Shown one piece after another: positions 1 to 11,483 of a stretch of 64,000 bases of DNA. Each line of letters begins with the position of its first letter. The stretch's first letter is position 1. The stretch comes from Pachysolen tannophilus NRRL Y-2460 (lineage: Eukaryota). The notes under the pieces were generated by a model. It saw only the letters and a program-made list of their open reading frames with translations. It had not been told where the DNA came from and ran no database searches. Location of the stretch: the NCBI GenBank assembly GCA_001661245.1, contig KV454018.1, forward strand, positions 121,944 through 185,943. Reading direction: 5' to 3'. Made by a program: the position numbers and the translations under genes.

Positions 1-361
1 ATTTNTAAAAAAAAAAAAAAAGACTCAAATTTAAAAATTAAATTGAAAAATTATAATAACTTACCACCAAAGAATTTTAACCAAAAACCTCATATAATAA
101 TATATTAATAATATAAACTAATATCTATCAATCAATATCTTATTGTTTCTATTTGTAGTTATAAATTTTTATTATTAAGTTAAGTTTATGTGCCAATAAA
201 AGGTGGAAAGAAAAATTAGTGAAAAATTAGTGAAAAATGAAAAAATGAACAAAAAAATTAAATTGGTTCACAAAATGACCCTTTTTTTCAATGTTTTTTT
301 TAATTATTTTATAAATAGGTGAAGGTGATCATCATTAGACGAGGTAGAGATAGTCATAGTC

Positions 362-907
362 ATGTTTAGGATTAGGGTTGGGACTATTGGTTTTAAGAGT
401 GGTTTCCCACTTGTTTCTAATGCTATGGTTTGGAGACAGGTGGCAGCCAGACGTTTTAATTCTAGTGAATCGGAGATTGATATATCGAAACTTTCTTTTA
501 CAAATAAACTGTTAAAACAGAGTTTAGACAATGGACCTTCTTCTAATCAAAGACCTACATTGAATCATTTACATTTGGATAATGCCACACTAAGGAGAGA
601 TGATATAGTTGAAGTTGGTGATTTGAAAAATAGTCCAAAGATGATTGCCTCAGAGACTCCAATTACAGGTGTTCTTGCCGGTAGGACTGTTGATGTAAGA
701 AGTGGTAATGTCTCTGGAGCCTTGGCATCTTTAAACCGTTTACTCAAGATAAACAATATCCAAAAGACTTTAATCAAACAGAGATTCTATATGAAACCAG
801 GTAAAGTTCAGGCTCAAATAAGAGTTGATAGTAGAAAACGGAGATTCGATAAAGGTTTTAGAAGATTATTAAACGTTGTTAAAGAAGCAAAGAGAAGAGG
901 ATATTAA
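362..907 (+). CDS. MRP21: Mitochondrial ribosomal small-subunit protein bS21m (Mrp21-like)
   Basis: Arg-rich presequence-like N-terminus. C-terminal S21 motif GRTVDV...QRFYMKPGK...RKRRF...AKRRGY. Adjacent to an AVT5-like gene, as in S. cerevisiae YBL090W/YBL089W. Confidence 0.85.
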   Translation: MFRIRVGTIGFKSGFPLVSNAMVWRQVAARRFNSSESEIDISKLSFTNKLLKQSLDNGPSSNQRPTLNHLHLDNATLRRDDIVEVGDLKNSPKMIASETPITGVLAGRTVDVRSGNVSGALASLNRLLKINNIQKTLIKQRFYMKPGKVQAQIRVDSRKRRFDKGFRRLLNVVKEAKRRGY

Positions 908-1223
908 TAATTTATTCAAAATATGTATATAGTATATAGTTGTCCAATAGAAAAAAAAAAACAAAAAAAGAAGCTTCTTCTTGTCTATTTTAAACCTCCA
1001 TCTTATTCTTTTATTATTACTTCTTAAGTAAAGTTTTTACACTACTGTGTGTTTATGTATTTTTTCACCAAATATTAAGAGAAACTAGAGAAAGATTAAT
1101 ATGAATTTGAAATGGTTAATTGTGTTTTTCTAAATATATATATAACTTAATTTATTTGTGGTGATTCCTAATGTTAGATAGAGGATTTTATATTGATTAA
1201 TTGAAAATTGTTTTAATTTTGAG

Positions 1224-2759
1224 ATGTCAGTTACAACTACAAGTACAACTACAGGTACAGCAACAGCAAGGTCTGCTTCAATAAATTTGTTAAATACCAT
1301 TATTGGTAGTGGGATGCTTGCAATGTCCTATGGTATTAAGGCAAATGGTATTATATTGGGGATATTTGTTATATTGTTTTCAGCATTAACATCATCATTT
1401 GGTTTATATTTACAATCAAAATGTTCAAAATATGTAAAAGAAGGACATTCATCATTTTTTGCACTTTCACAATTAACTTATCCTTCATTATCTATAATAT
1501 TTGATCTTGCAATTGCTATAAAATGTTTTGGAGTTGGGATTTCTTATCTTGTTGTTATTGGAGATTTGATGCCTAGGATAATGGAAACAATGGTTATAAC
1601 TGATATTGTTTCAAATTCTAATAGTTATTTATTGAATAGAAATTTTTGGATAACATGTTTTATGATAATTGTTGTTCCATTATCTTTTTTAAAAAAATTG
1701 GATTCTTTAAAATATGCTTCAATGGTTGCATTATCATCAGTAGGATATTTAATAATATTAGTTTTTGTTCATTTTTGTGAAAGAGATATTAAAGATAAAG
1801 GACCCATAAGAATAATTGAACCTCAATCTTTTACTAAAATTATTTCAGCTTTCCCAATTTTTGTATTTGGATATACTTGTCATCAAAATATGTTTTCATT
1901 AATAAATGAATTAGAAGATAAATCTTCTAAAAATATTAATAAAGTAATTCAAACTTCAATTGGAATTGCTCTGTTATCATATGTTTTAGTTGGATTAACT
2001 GGATATATTACATTTGGAGATAATGTTGGAGGAAACATTATTGTTATGTACCCTCAATCGGTTTCTTCTACAGTGGGGAGAATAGCAATTGTTATCTTAG
2101 TAACATTATCTTATCCTTTACAATGTCATCCATGCAGAGCTTCAGCAAATCATGTATTTCATTATATTAAAGCCGTTTATATCAATAATAATAAATCAAA
2201 TAAAAATTTTTTACAAAAAATAAATAATAATCATTTTGTTGATCAAACTAATGGTTCAGTTAGTACAGAACCAAGTACTAGCTCAATTTCAACTCAAAAT
2301 AATGAAAGACAAAGTTTACTCAATTGGTATAATAATGGACATGAACAAACAGAAAATGGTTTAGCAGAATTACCTGAATTACCTGAATTACCTGAAATAG
2401 CTGAATTAGCACAAGAAGAAAACATAAGTACAGAATTATTACATATAGTTCCTTTGGAAACACCAAGATTTATCATACTCACAACATTGATCTTGATTGC
2501 AAGCTATCTACTTGCCATTTCAGTCAGCTCTTTAGAACATGTCCTAGCATTTGTTGGATCCACAGGCTCAACCTCAATTAGTTTTATCTTACCTGGAATA
2601 TTTGGCTACAAACTTATAGGATCAGAAAAACAACCCAACGAAGAACTAACTTTATTCCAACGCTGCTTGAAATGGGGATCCTTGCTGCTAGCAGCTTGGG
2701 GACTCATTGTCATGATAGTCTGCCTCAGCGCAACCATCTTCTTAGGTGCTGGTCACTGA
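1224..2759 (+). CDS. AVT5: Vacuolar amino-acid transporter (Aa_trans family, Avt5/Avt6-like)
   Basis: Motifs NLLNTIIGSGMLAM, FDLAIAIKCFGVGISYL, FGYTCHQN and GSTGSTSISFILPG; many TM helices. Probably the single pro-orthologue of AVT5/AVT6. Confidence 0.9.
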   Translation: MSVTTTSTTTGTATARSASINLLNTIIGSGMLAMSYGIKANGIILGIFVILFSALTSSFGLYLQSKCSKYVKEGHSSFFALSQLTYPSLSIIFDLAIAIKCFGVGISYLVVIGDLMPRIMETMVITDIVSNSNSYLLNRNFWITCFMIIVVPLSFLKKLDSLKYASMVALSSVGYLIILVFVHFCERDIKDKGPIRIIEPQSFTKIISAFPIFVFGYTCHQNMFSLINELEDKSSKNINKVIQTSIGIALLSYVLVGLTGYITFGDNVGGNIIVMYPQSVSSTVGRIAIVILVTLSYPLQCHPCRASANHVFHYIKAVYINNNKSNKNFLQKINNNHFVDQTNGSVSTEPSTSSISTQNNERQSLLNWYNNGHEQTENGLAELPELPELPEIAELAQEENISTELLHIVPLETPRFIILTTLILIASYLLAISVSSLEHVLAFVGSTGSTSISFILPGIFGYKLIGSEKQPNEELTLFQRCLKWGSLLLAAWGLIVMIVCLSATIFLGAGH

Positions 2760-2870
2760 TAAATCCATCATCGCTGTTGTCGGTACACAAATATAGCTTG
2801 TAAGTAGGTACAGACTTCCTATTTGGGAAGTTTCCTGAATTTGGTCTTTTTTTTTGTTTCTTTTTTTTGT

Positions 2871-2907
<37 letters not shown>

Positions 2908-3384
2908 GTTTCTAACACGCGTTCTTCAACATATTACGTAGTGTTTGAAATAAGAAACACCAAGTTTTATAACTATTTTCATGTTGATCTAATCAAAAGA
3001 AACTCTAGATTTTTAAAGAAGGTTAAAAAAGGTTAAGATTGGAAGAAGTTTTATTTTAGTTTGAGAGAAGTTGTAAATTTATTTGCTGTTTATATTGCTA
3101 ATTTGATTTTTTTTTGATTTTTTAAATTTGAAAAAAAAAAAATTTTAAAATCTATTAGGAAATAAAGAAAGAAATAAAGAAAATAAAGAAATAAAGAGAG
3201 AGAAAAAAAAATAAAAAAAGGGACATAAATTTAAAATTGTTTTGATTTTTTATGAAGGTTGAGTTCTATTGAGTATTTATTTTTTTAGTTGCTGAATTTA
3301 TTGTATTGTAGTACGGTTAGAAGTAATATTAGAAGTTAGATTTATATATTTTATTTGTTATTATTGTTATTGTTGTTGTTGTTG

Positions 3385-4269
3385 ATGATGTTTTTGTCGA
3401 ATTTGATTAGGGATCCATTTGCCGTTGGCACTTTATCTATATCTTCAATAGCGTGGTTGATAACTTTTATTGGAGCAATTGTATCGAATGCCGAAGATTC
3501 TTTTCCTAAATTTTCATGGTGGGGGTTGATGTTTCAATTAGTTTTAAATATTTCATTAATTATATTATATTTTACTGAAACTATAGAATATTATAAACAA
3601 TTAATATGTGGTCTGTTAAGTATAGCGTTTGTATATTCCACCAATAGTTCGAATTATTTGGTTTATTCGACATCATCATCAAAAGCTGCTGCTGCTGCTG
3701 GTTGTATCTTATTATCAATGATAAATATAATATGGTTATTATATTTTGGTGGAGATTCTAATTCACCAACAAATCAATGGATTGATAGTTTTGCTTTAAG
3801 AGGTAATAATATTAAAGTTGCTCATACTTCATCTTATGATAATCCAGATGCAAACCGTAAAGAAGCAAATCAAATGAATGGTGTTGGAAATTATGGAGTC
3901 AATCCATTTGGTTATAATAATACCAATCAAAACCTGCCATATATGGCTTCATCTACTCAATTAAATGGATTAGAAAATGGTGAAGAACCAGCAAACTTTA
4001 ATGATACAACAGTTACAGGAGATGAAGATCATGAAGACCATGAGGAAGAAGAAGATGAAGACTTGGAAAGCAATTCTGTGGATAATTACCCTTATACAGT
4101 TAAAGCATTGTATAATTATGATGCAAACCCTGAAGATATAAATGAAATCTCATTTACTAAAGGTGATGTATTGAAAGTTAAAGATATAAAAGGAAGATGG
4201 TGGGAAGCTAAGAAGGAATCTGGAGATGTGGGAATCTTGCCAAGTAACTATGTTGAAATTATTTCGTGA
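3385..4269 (+). CDS. SHO1: Transmembrane osmosensor Sho1 (4 TM + SH3)
   Basis: DPFA, FPKFSWWG, GGDSNSPTNQWIDSF and a C-terminal SH3 (KALYNYDA...ILPSNYV). First ATG is at 3385; the track starts at an upstream TTG. Confidence 0.95.
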   Translation: MMFLSNLIRDPFAVGTLSISSIAWLITFIGAIVSNAEDSFPKFSWWGLMFQLVLNISLIILYFTETIEYYKQLICGLLSIAFVYSTNSSNYLVYSTSSSKAAAAAGCILLSMINIIWLLYFGGDSNSPTNQWIDSFALRGNNIKVAHTSSYDNPDANRKEANQMNGVGNYGVNPFGYNNTNQNLPYMASSTQLNGLENGEEPANFNDTTVTGDEDHEDHEEEEDEDLESNSVDNYPYTVKALYNYDANPEDINEISFTKGDVLKVKDIKGRWWEAKKESGDVGILPSNYVEIIS

Positions 4270-4369
4270 TTGCATCATTATTTGAAAGATTGGAACTGGC
4301 TTTTAGATATATATATATATATATATATATATATTTCTTTTTTCTTTTTTTTTTTTTTTTTTTTTTTTT

Positions 4370-4748
4370 NNNNNNNNNNNNNNNNNNNNNNNNNNNNNNN
4401 NNNNNNNNNNNNNNNNNNNNNNNNNNNNNNNNNNNNNNNNNNNNNNNNNNNNNNNNNNNNNNNNNNNNNNNNNNNNNNNNNNNNNNNNNNNNNNNNNNNN
4501 NNNNNNNNNNNNNNNNNNNNNNNNNNNNNNNNNNNNNNNNNNNNNNNNNNNNNNNNNNNNNNNNNNNNNNNNNNNNNNNNNNNNNNNNNNNNNNNNNNNN
4601 NNNNNNNNNNNNNNNNNNNNNNNNNNNNNNNNNNNNNNNNNNNNNNNNNNNNNNNNNNNNNNNNNNNNNNNNNNNNNNNNNNNNNNNNNNNNNNNNNNNN
4701 NNNNNNNNNNNNNNNNNNNNNNNNNNNNNNNNNNNNNNNNNNNNNNNN
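4370..4748. other. Assembly gap (run of N) flanked on both sides by (TA)n plus poly-T
   Basis: 379 consecutive N. Confidence 0.99.
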
Positions 4749-4779
<31 letters not shown>

Positions 4780-5196
4780 TTTCTTTTTTNTTTTTTTTTT
4801 TTTTTGAAGTATTATTATCGAAAACCTGGGATAGCTTTTCTTTTCATCCTGGGAGAAACTTTTCATTTTTTTAATTTTTTACTATTTTTCTCGTTTGTGT
4901 TTTGTATATTATAAGTTTATATTGAAGACAATTTTGATTTCTTTTCTAATTGAATATTATTCTTTTTTTTTTAGAACTTGAGAATGAAAATATAAAATTC
5001 ATGTAGTCATTAGTTATTATAAGAGAATAAGTGAAAATGTAAACTTAAAATATTATTATTATCTGAGTTAGTTAAACTATTTAAGTTATATGACTTGTAT
5101 TATCCATTATGAAACCCACCGTGTACGTAAAGAAAGAAAAGAAAAGAAAAATGCAAAATAAAATGAAAGATGAATAAAAGTGTCCTTAAAAATCTC

Positions 5197-6186
5197 TTAA
5201 CCAAGTTGAATTAAATAAGAAGCAGCCATTAGCATACAGCATACCGAAAAGTATGGAGACATCTTCATACTCAAGTCACTTACTATAAGTTGCATAATGT
5301 CCAAATTTTTTTTATAATTTTTGTTGAAATAACAACTCAAAGGAGTCAATTGTAAAGTAAACATATTTTCTTGCAGTAAATGATTTATATTTATCTTGCG
5401 TTTTTTATTTTTTTGAATTAATTTATTATCATTACACTGACAATTTTGACAACTAGTATTCATTTCATCAGGCTTTACCATTATGTCCTTTCCATTATAA
5501 TTTCCAATTCCATTTCCATAGTTGAACTGAGTATAGTATTCATCAGACAAATTACGCCTGTGACGGTATACGGAACCACGACGATGTAACATTAAAGATT
5601 GTTGAATGTTACGTCTTACTGCAGGAACAGGAATACCATTTGATGCATTAATTGTAGAAACTCCCTTTGGAAGTTTTTGCTTATCAGCTGCAGCAGCAGC
5701 AGCAGCAGTTTTCTGTAAACTACGTTTCCTATTTCTAGAAATTACCAAATAAGTTCCTATTGTACATAATAGTAACAGAGCCAGTAATAACCCTTGGAGC
5801 TCAAATACATAACTTTGACGACTAGAAGCAAGTACAATTATTAAAGGTACTATATCGATGATATGATTAGGAAATGTTTTTTTAATTTGATTATTGTTTT
5901 TGTTCACAGTACCATTTTTAAAACTTTTACAACTTGTACTAAGATTCTCACAATTCCAACAGTATTCATCTATTAAACATCTTGTAAAATCAATATCATT
6001 TTGATCGTTAATCATAATACGCTTTTTATTTGAAAGAATTTGAAAATTTTTATTATCGAATGATATTGGGACTGAACTATTTTTACTGGGATAATTAAAA
6101 TTACTGTCACTGCTCTGGATAATCTCATGAAATACCAATGAGAAGACTTTAGATATGCCGATAGAAAAAGTATTTCCAGCCAACAT
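5197..6186 (-). CDS. Hypothetical membrane protein (329 aa)
   Basis: ATG-initiated ORF with hydrophobic segments (IVPLIIVLAS, GLL..LLLCTIGTYLVI, C-terminal FSVCCMLMAASYLI). Family not recognised. Confidence 0.6.
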   Translation of the reverse strand: MLAGNTFSIGISKVFSLVFHEIIQSSDSNFNYPSKNSSVPISFDNKNFQILSNKKRIMINDQNDIDFTRCLIDEYCWNCENLSTSCKSFKNGTVNKNNNQIKKTFPNHIIDIVPLIIVLASSRQSYVFELQGLLLALLLLCTIGTYLVISRNRKRSLQKTAAAAAAADKQKLPKGVSTINASNGIPVPAVRRNIQQSLMLHRRGSVYRHRRNLSDEYYTQFNYGNGIGNYNGKDIMVKPDEMNTSCQNCQCNDNKLIQKNKKRKININHLLQENMFTLQLTPLSCYFNKNYKKNLDIMQLIVSDLSMKMSPYFSVCCMLMAASYLIQLG

Positions 6187-6271
6187 AACACTTTAAATCA
6201 ATTGACTTTTTTTTATACAAAAAAAAGAATCATACAATAACCCTAACATTTAAATACAACTAGATATATGA

Positions 6272-6314
<43 letters not shown>

Positions 6315-7146
6315 AATATAAATGTTGCTACTATAAAATAATAATAATATTAAATAATAAACATAGTATGATATTTTTATAGTAGGTGGTGCTTTAGTAT
6401 TGTAGTACTATAGAATTATTATCAAATTTGATTTATTAACCTTCTACTGCATTCATGACACCATAATCATGAAATAATTTAGAAACTAAAATTAACACAA
6501 GGTTTGAGTCCATATTGTCAAGATTTAACGAGTGATTTAATTATCAGATGAGATTAAAATCGTATTATATGAAAACCTATCTTGCTCTACTAGCTAAATG
6601 TAATCTTATGTAATAATATGATCTTCTGATGCATATTGAAAAAAAATCTATATAAAAACAATGCCGAAAAAGACGAAATCATCCTATTCTTTTAAGAAAA
6701 GCTTTATTTATTAAATATTTTTTTTTCTTTTCATGGATTTTTCTATATTATTGACATAGATACAAAGCTCTATTCTAATGTGATAAAAAAATTAGCATTG
6801 CATTTGCATTTGTCTTAAGTTATCTCTCTCTCTTTCTACAATGTTTTTGTTTTTTTTAGGTATCCCGTTAAAATCCAATAAGTTACAAAGCAAATTACCG
6901 AATGCATGGTTTTTAAATAGATAAAAAATTATTTAATACTAGGTCCAATAAGCCACATTTATAATCAAAGAAGAGTTTCAGTTTTTATTGGCAATTAAAA
7001 AAATTCAAAATATACAATAAATAGCTTGCTCTCTTACCTTTTTACTAGTGTTCTTAAGTTACTTTCTTTTCTTGTCTTTATTTTTTAATCTCATGTCTTT
7101 TACATCTACACAAAATCTGCTGATATAATAATACACTGTGGAACTA

Positions 7147-7352
7147 GCCACAAAATGGATTTTCCTTTTTAGGAAGGTGACATCAGACAAAAACTTTTTT
7201 TTTCAAAAAAAACAAAAAAAAACAAAAAAATTCCAAAACAGTTAGTTTATGGCGTGTAAAAATTTGTATTTCCTAAAACGGATATTTGTGGTGGCTTGAG
7301 ATAGTATTTTAATACAATTAACTTGTGTAAAGTCAAAAAAAGTCTTGTTTAC
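7147..7352 (+). promoter_or_regulatory. Candidate cell-cycle/meiotic elements upstream of CDC27 (MSE, Mcm1-like boxes, forkhead site)
   Basis: GCCACAAAA 7147-7155, TTTCCTTTTTAGGAA 7161-7175, TTTCCTAAAACGG 7269-7281, TTGTTTAC 7345-7352. Motif matches only. Confidence 0.4.
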
Positions 7353-7405
7353 AAAATAGATATTTATATATTTATATATCACGGAATCAATAGGCGGTTA
7401 CTACT

Positions 7406-9556
7406 ATGAGTGTGAGTGACTATGCTATTACTCAACTAAGGTCTTCGGTATTCTATCTATTAGACAATGACTTATTACAGTCTGCAGAATTTACTTGTGA
7501 AAGACTTGTGCTGCAAAATCCATCAAATTTGAATTCAATTTATCTTTATGGTTTAGTGTTATACAAGAGACAAAAATTTAAAACTGCTTATAACGTCACG
7601 GCAAATCATTTGAATGTTGGTTGTTCGTATATTTTTGCAAAATGTTCTTTAGAATTATCTTTGGCAAATGAAGGAATTTATGCTTTACAATCAACAATGC
7701 ATTTGTGGAATACTAATGGTAGTGGTATTGGTAGTGGTGGTAATACCACCACTGCTATACAAAATTCAGAATTTGAAAGAAATTCAATTCCTGATGCAGC
7801 TGCTTGTTATTGCCTCTTGGGTAAATTGTATTCTTCTGTGAATGATGTTAAAAATAGTGCAATGAATTATTCAAATGCTTTGAAATTAAATCCATATATT
7901 TTTGAAGCATTTGAAGAATTATGTAAGATGGGAGTTAAAGTAAGACCAAACGCTGTTTATAAAGTAAAGAATTCTGATGATTATTCTGTTAATTTGTTCA
8001 AGACAGTATCGGGGAATTCATCGTTTGATAAATCGAATAATAATAATAATAATAATAACACTGCTGATAATGGTAATGGAAATAATAATAACAATAATAC
8101 ACCACCACCAATACTTTTAACTCCAAACCTCAAATCTTCATCAGCATCAAATATGAAATCTTTTTTCTCCAGACCATTATCGACTCCTGATCATACTGTG
8201 ATTTTAAGTACTCCAAGATTGAAGCAGTTTCAATTACCCGATGCCCCAACAAGAAAGGCTACAAGAAATACAAATAAAGATAATTTCATCAAACCATTCG
8301 ATACAATTAATAGGAGAAGTAGTAGATTAACTGCTTCAAAAGTTACATCAAGATTAATTTCACAACCGCTAAATAATATAACGGGGAATAATAATATGAG
8401 CCAACACCAACAACTGTTACAATCTTCTTCTCAAACAAATCAAAATACTTTGAAAAGAGGAAGAAATTCAGGTTTAAATATTAATAATTTATCATTACAA
8501 AATATAGCTAAAGAAAATCTTCCAGGAGAAAATTATTTAATGAGTTTATATCTTTTATTTGCAAAAGCTTTTAAAGCTATTTGTAAATATGATTGTTTTA
8601 AAGCTATACGATTATTTGATCTTTTACCAGAAAATGAAAAAAATACACCATGGGTCTTAGGAAAATTGGGTAGATTACATTTTGAAATTGTTAATTATGA
8701 AAAAGCAGAAAGTTATTTTATCAGATTAAGAAAATTAGATAGAACAAGATTAGAAGATATGGAATATTATTCAACATTGTTATGGCATTTACATAAAGAA
8801 TCGGAATTAAGTTATTTGTCTCATGAATTACATGAAGTAGATAAAAATGCTCCAGAAACTTGGGTAGCAATTGGAAATTCTTTTTCATTATTAAGGGAAC
8901 CAGATGAAGCAATTAAATGTTTTGAAAAACTGGTTCAATTAAATCCAAATTTTGCATATGCCTACACTTTACAAGGCCATGAATACGTTTCAAATGATTC
9001 ATTTGAAAATGCATTAGAAAGTTTCCGTTCTGCTCTATTAGTTGATGAAAGGCATTATAATGCATTATATGGGATTGGTATGGTGTATTTAAAATTGGGT
9101 GATTTCGAAAAAGCAGAGTATCATTTCCGTAGGGCTATTGATATTAATCCGGTAAATGTCATTTTAATCTGCTGCGTTGGTATGGTTTTAGAAAAATTGA
9201 ACAAAAAAGATTTAGCATTAAAACAATACACTCTAGCTTATAAATTACAGCCATTATCTGCCTTAGCATTATTTAAAAGAGCTCAATTATTATTTTCTTT
9301 ACGGCAGTATGATGAAGCATTACTAGAGTTTGAAAAATTACAAGATTTGGCTCCAGATGAAGCAAGTGTTCATTTCCTATTGGGCCAGTTGTACAAATTA
9401 AGTGGCAAAAAAAATGATGCAATCAAACAATTTACTATAGCTTTGAATCTAGATCCAAAAGGTGCACATCTAATCAAGGAGGCTATGGAAAGTTTGAGTG
9501 ATATTAAAGATGATGAAGATGATGACACGGATGTAGAGGCAAATAAAGAAAATTAG
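7406..9556 (+). CDS. CDC27: Anaphase-promoting complex subunit Cdc27/Apc3
   Basis: N-terminal Apc3 domain and TPR array (DMEYYSTLLWHL, PNFAYAYTLQGHE, RHYNALYGIG, ALNLDPKG). Confidence 0.97.
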   Translation: MSVSDYAITQLRSSVFYLLDNDLLQSAEFTCERLVLQNPSNLNSIYLYGLVLYKRQKFKTAYNVTANHLNVGCSYIFAKCSLELSLANEGIYALQSTMHLWNTNGSGIGSGGNTTTAIQNSEFERNSIPDAAACYCLLGKLYSSVNDVKNSAMNYSNALKLNPYIFEAFEELCKMGVKVRPNAVYKVKNSDDYSVNLFKTVSGNSSFDKSNNNNNNNNTADNGNGNNNNNNTPPPILLTPNLKSSSASNMKSFFSRPLSTPDHTVILSTPRLKQFQLPDAPTRKATRNTNKDNFIKPFDTINRRSSRLTASKVTSRLISQPLNNITGNNNMSQHQQLLQSSSQTNQNTLKRGRNSGLNINNLSLQNIAKENLPGENYLMSLYLLFAKAFKAICKYDCFKAIRLFDLLPENEKNTPWVLGKLGRLHFEIVNYEKAESYFIRLRKLDRTRLEDMEYYSTLLWHLHKESELSYLSHELHEVDKNAPETWVAIGNSFSLLREPDEAIKCFEKLVQLNPNFAYAYTLQGHEYVSNDSFENALESFRSALLVDERHYNALYGIGMVYLKLGDFEKAEYHFRRAIDINPVNVILICCVGMVLEKLNKKDLALKQYTLAYKLQPLSALALFKRAQLLFSLRQYDEALLEFEKLQDLAPDEASVHFLLGQLYKLSGKKNDAIKQFTIALNLDPKGAHLIKEAMESLSDIKDDEDDDTDVEANKEN

Positions 9557-10461
9557 GAAAATTCATTTAAGGTTTCAAAAATTGTATTTTATTTTTTATT
9601 TTTTTCATTTTTTTTTTTTTTTTTTTCACTTCAATTATATTCTTACAAAGTTAAAAATTCTTATATACGAAGTATTTTAAATTACTTAAAATTCCTATTT
9701 TATTTCTCAATTATAATAAAATCTAACCACCGTATCGGCTGTCTAGTTGTCTAACCAAAGAATTACTATTATTTCGTAGAACAACTGATTCAATTTAATT
9801 AGTTAAGCCGCACATAACTATTACCTCTTTTCGACAGATGCGATTAAATCAAGATGCAGCTCTAACGGTAATAAATAGGAAAAATCAAATGCTTTTCCTT
9901 TTCGAATTACTTTCAATTAAATTTTTCCTATAGTACCTATTGAGTTGATATGGCTATTTGATCTTAGCTCCGATAAAATACTAATTAAACTTGAGATAAA
10001 AGATTGTAAATTATTTTTTTTTCTCGTAAATCTTAGGATAATTTTCAATGTAATATAATGAAAGTCATCTGGAGACTTTCTAAAAAATTTTCCTCCCCGA
10101 CCTTTTGTTCACCATATGGACTCAATGGGAAACAATGTTCTGGAAATTTACGAGCAAACACGTTATGATGGAGATTTTAAATTGAAAATATATCAAAAAA
10201 TTTTACTATGATTTAATAAAACTATTTACAAAATTGGCACTTTTATGAGTAAAACTCTAAGTGAATAAAGTTATTGTAAAATCAACTTCCTTATACAAAA
10301 ATGATATATAAAGTTGCAACAAATCTCTTTCTAAATCATCTTTCTTAGTTTTGAATAGTAGGCCATTTTCAAGTTTTGAAGAAGGTTAAAATCAAAAAGT
10401 AAAAAAAACACAAAAAAGACAATAAAAGAATAACTCAATTATCCTGGTATTAAACAACACT

Positions 10462-10803
10462 ATGCTTCCTGTTCCTGTTTTAAGTCAGATTTCAAGAACT
10501 GCATCATCTGTTGTAAGTTCAAACACTCCAATTTTTGCGGTTTTACTAAGGAGAGCATTCTCTTCGTTTAATACCTTCAATGGTGTCCAATACCCAAAAG
10601 CTGTTAGCTTTTTTGCTCGTCAACAGTCATCATTATCAGAGGAAAGTAGTAGACCAAAAAATTTTCAAGAAGAAGAAATTTTGGATAGCGGTATGAGAAG
10701 ATGGCAAATCTTGAATGATTTGAAAGATCGTATCAGACAACAAATTGAGGTAATTGAGCAGTTAGATAAGGAAGTTGCTGACTTTGCTTCTAAACATTTA
10801 TAA
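10462..10803 (+). CDS. Small putative mitochondrial coiled-coil protein, possibly ATPase-inhibitor (IF1/Inh1/Stf1)-like
   Basis: Ser/Arg-rich N-terminus lacking acidic residues. C-terminal heptad LNDLKDRIRQQIEVIEQLDKEV. AT-rich Kozak-like context. Confidence 0.5.
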   Translation: MLPVPVLSQISRTASSVVSSNTPIFAVLLRRAFSSFNTFNGVQYPKAVSFFARQQSSLSEESSRPKNFQEEEILDSGMRRWQILNDLKDRIRQQIEVIEQLDKEVADFASKHL

Positions 10804-11483
10804 AAACAGCTAAACGCAACCAAACGCTTGTAGTATGCGACATTATGGTTTATATGAAAACTTATTTATACATCAGGCCTCAGTTATTTGAGATGACAAT
10901 TTTCATATATATTATTTTCTTTTTATTTTCACTTTTACTTCTAACCAAATTTATTTAATGAATAGCACATATTATTTTTCTTTCTGAATAGGTGACAATT
11001 CTGTCGCACACTCAAAACGCTTTTGCATATAAAGTCTCAGTTGCAACTGTAGGTCGATCTAACAACCAACTTCAAGTATTATACGAGCAACAGATGGTAA
11101 GTTATTGCTATCAAATTTGTCAGTTACTAGATTTACTCTTGTTTTATAAAGCATAATTATACCATCATATTATTAAGGCCACAAATAAAGAAGCCATGTA
11201 GAAAGAAAGCAAATATTGTAAAAATAGCACATATACATAAAAGAAAAAATTCATAAATACTTTCTATAACCGCAATAATCATCGAAACGAAAGCTAAATT
11301 CGGCTACAACCGAAAAACTATAGAATGAAATTTCTCTAAAAAAAATTAACAATTTTGTTTCCAGAACTCAAAGTAACAGCAGCAAAAAAGAAAAGAAAAA
11401 GAAAAAAAAATTAAAATAAAATAAAATGTTCAAGTATGATAGAATATTTAGTTTACAGTATGAAGCAAAGTAGGCATAATTTC

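Noticed and set aside
2917..2922. Single MCB (ACGCGT) upstream of SHO1
   Set aside because: One 6-mer is too weak to call.
2800..2941. GTAAGT...TTCTAAC...TAG intron-like pattern just after the AVT stop codon
   Set aside because: Joins no coding exons, and such matches are expected by chance in AT-rich intergenic DNA; needs RNA evidence.
4266..4914. Three ~200-aa ORFs spanning the gap
   Set aside because: Artefacts of N runs and TA/poly-T repeats.
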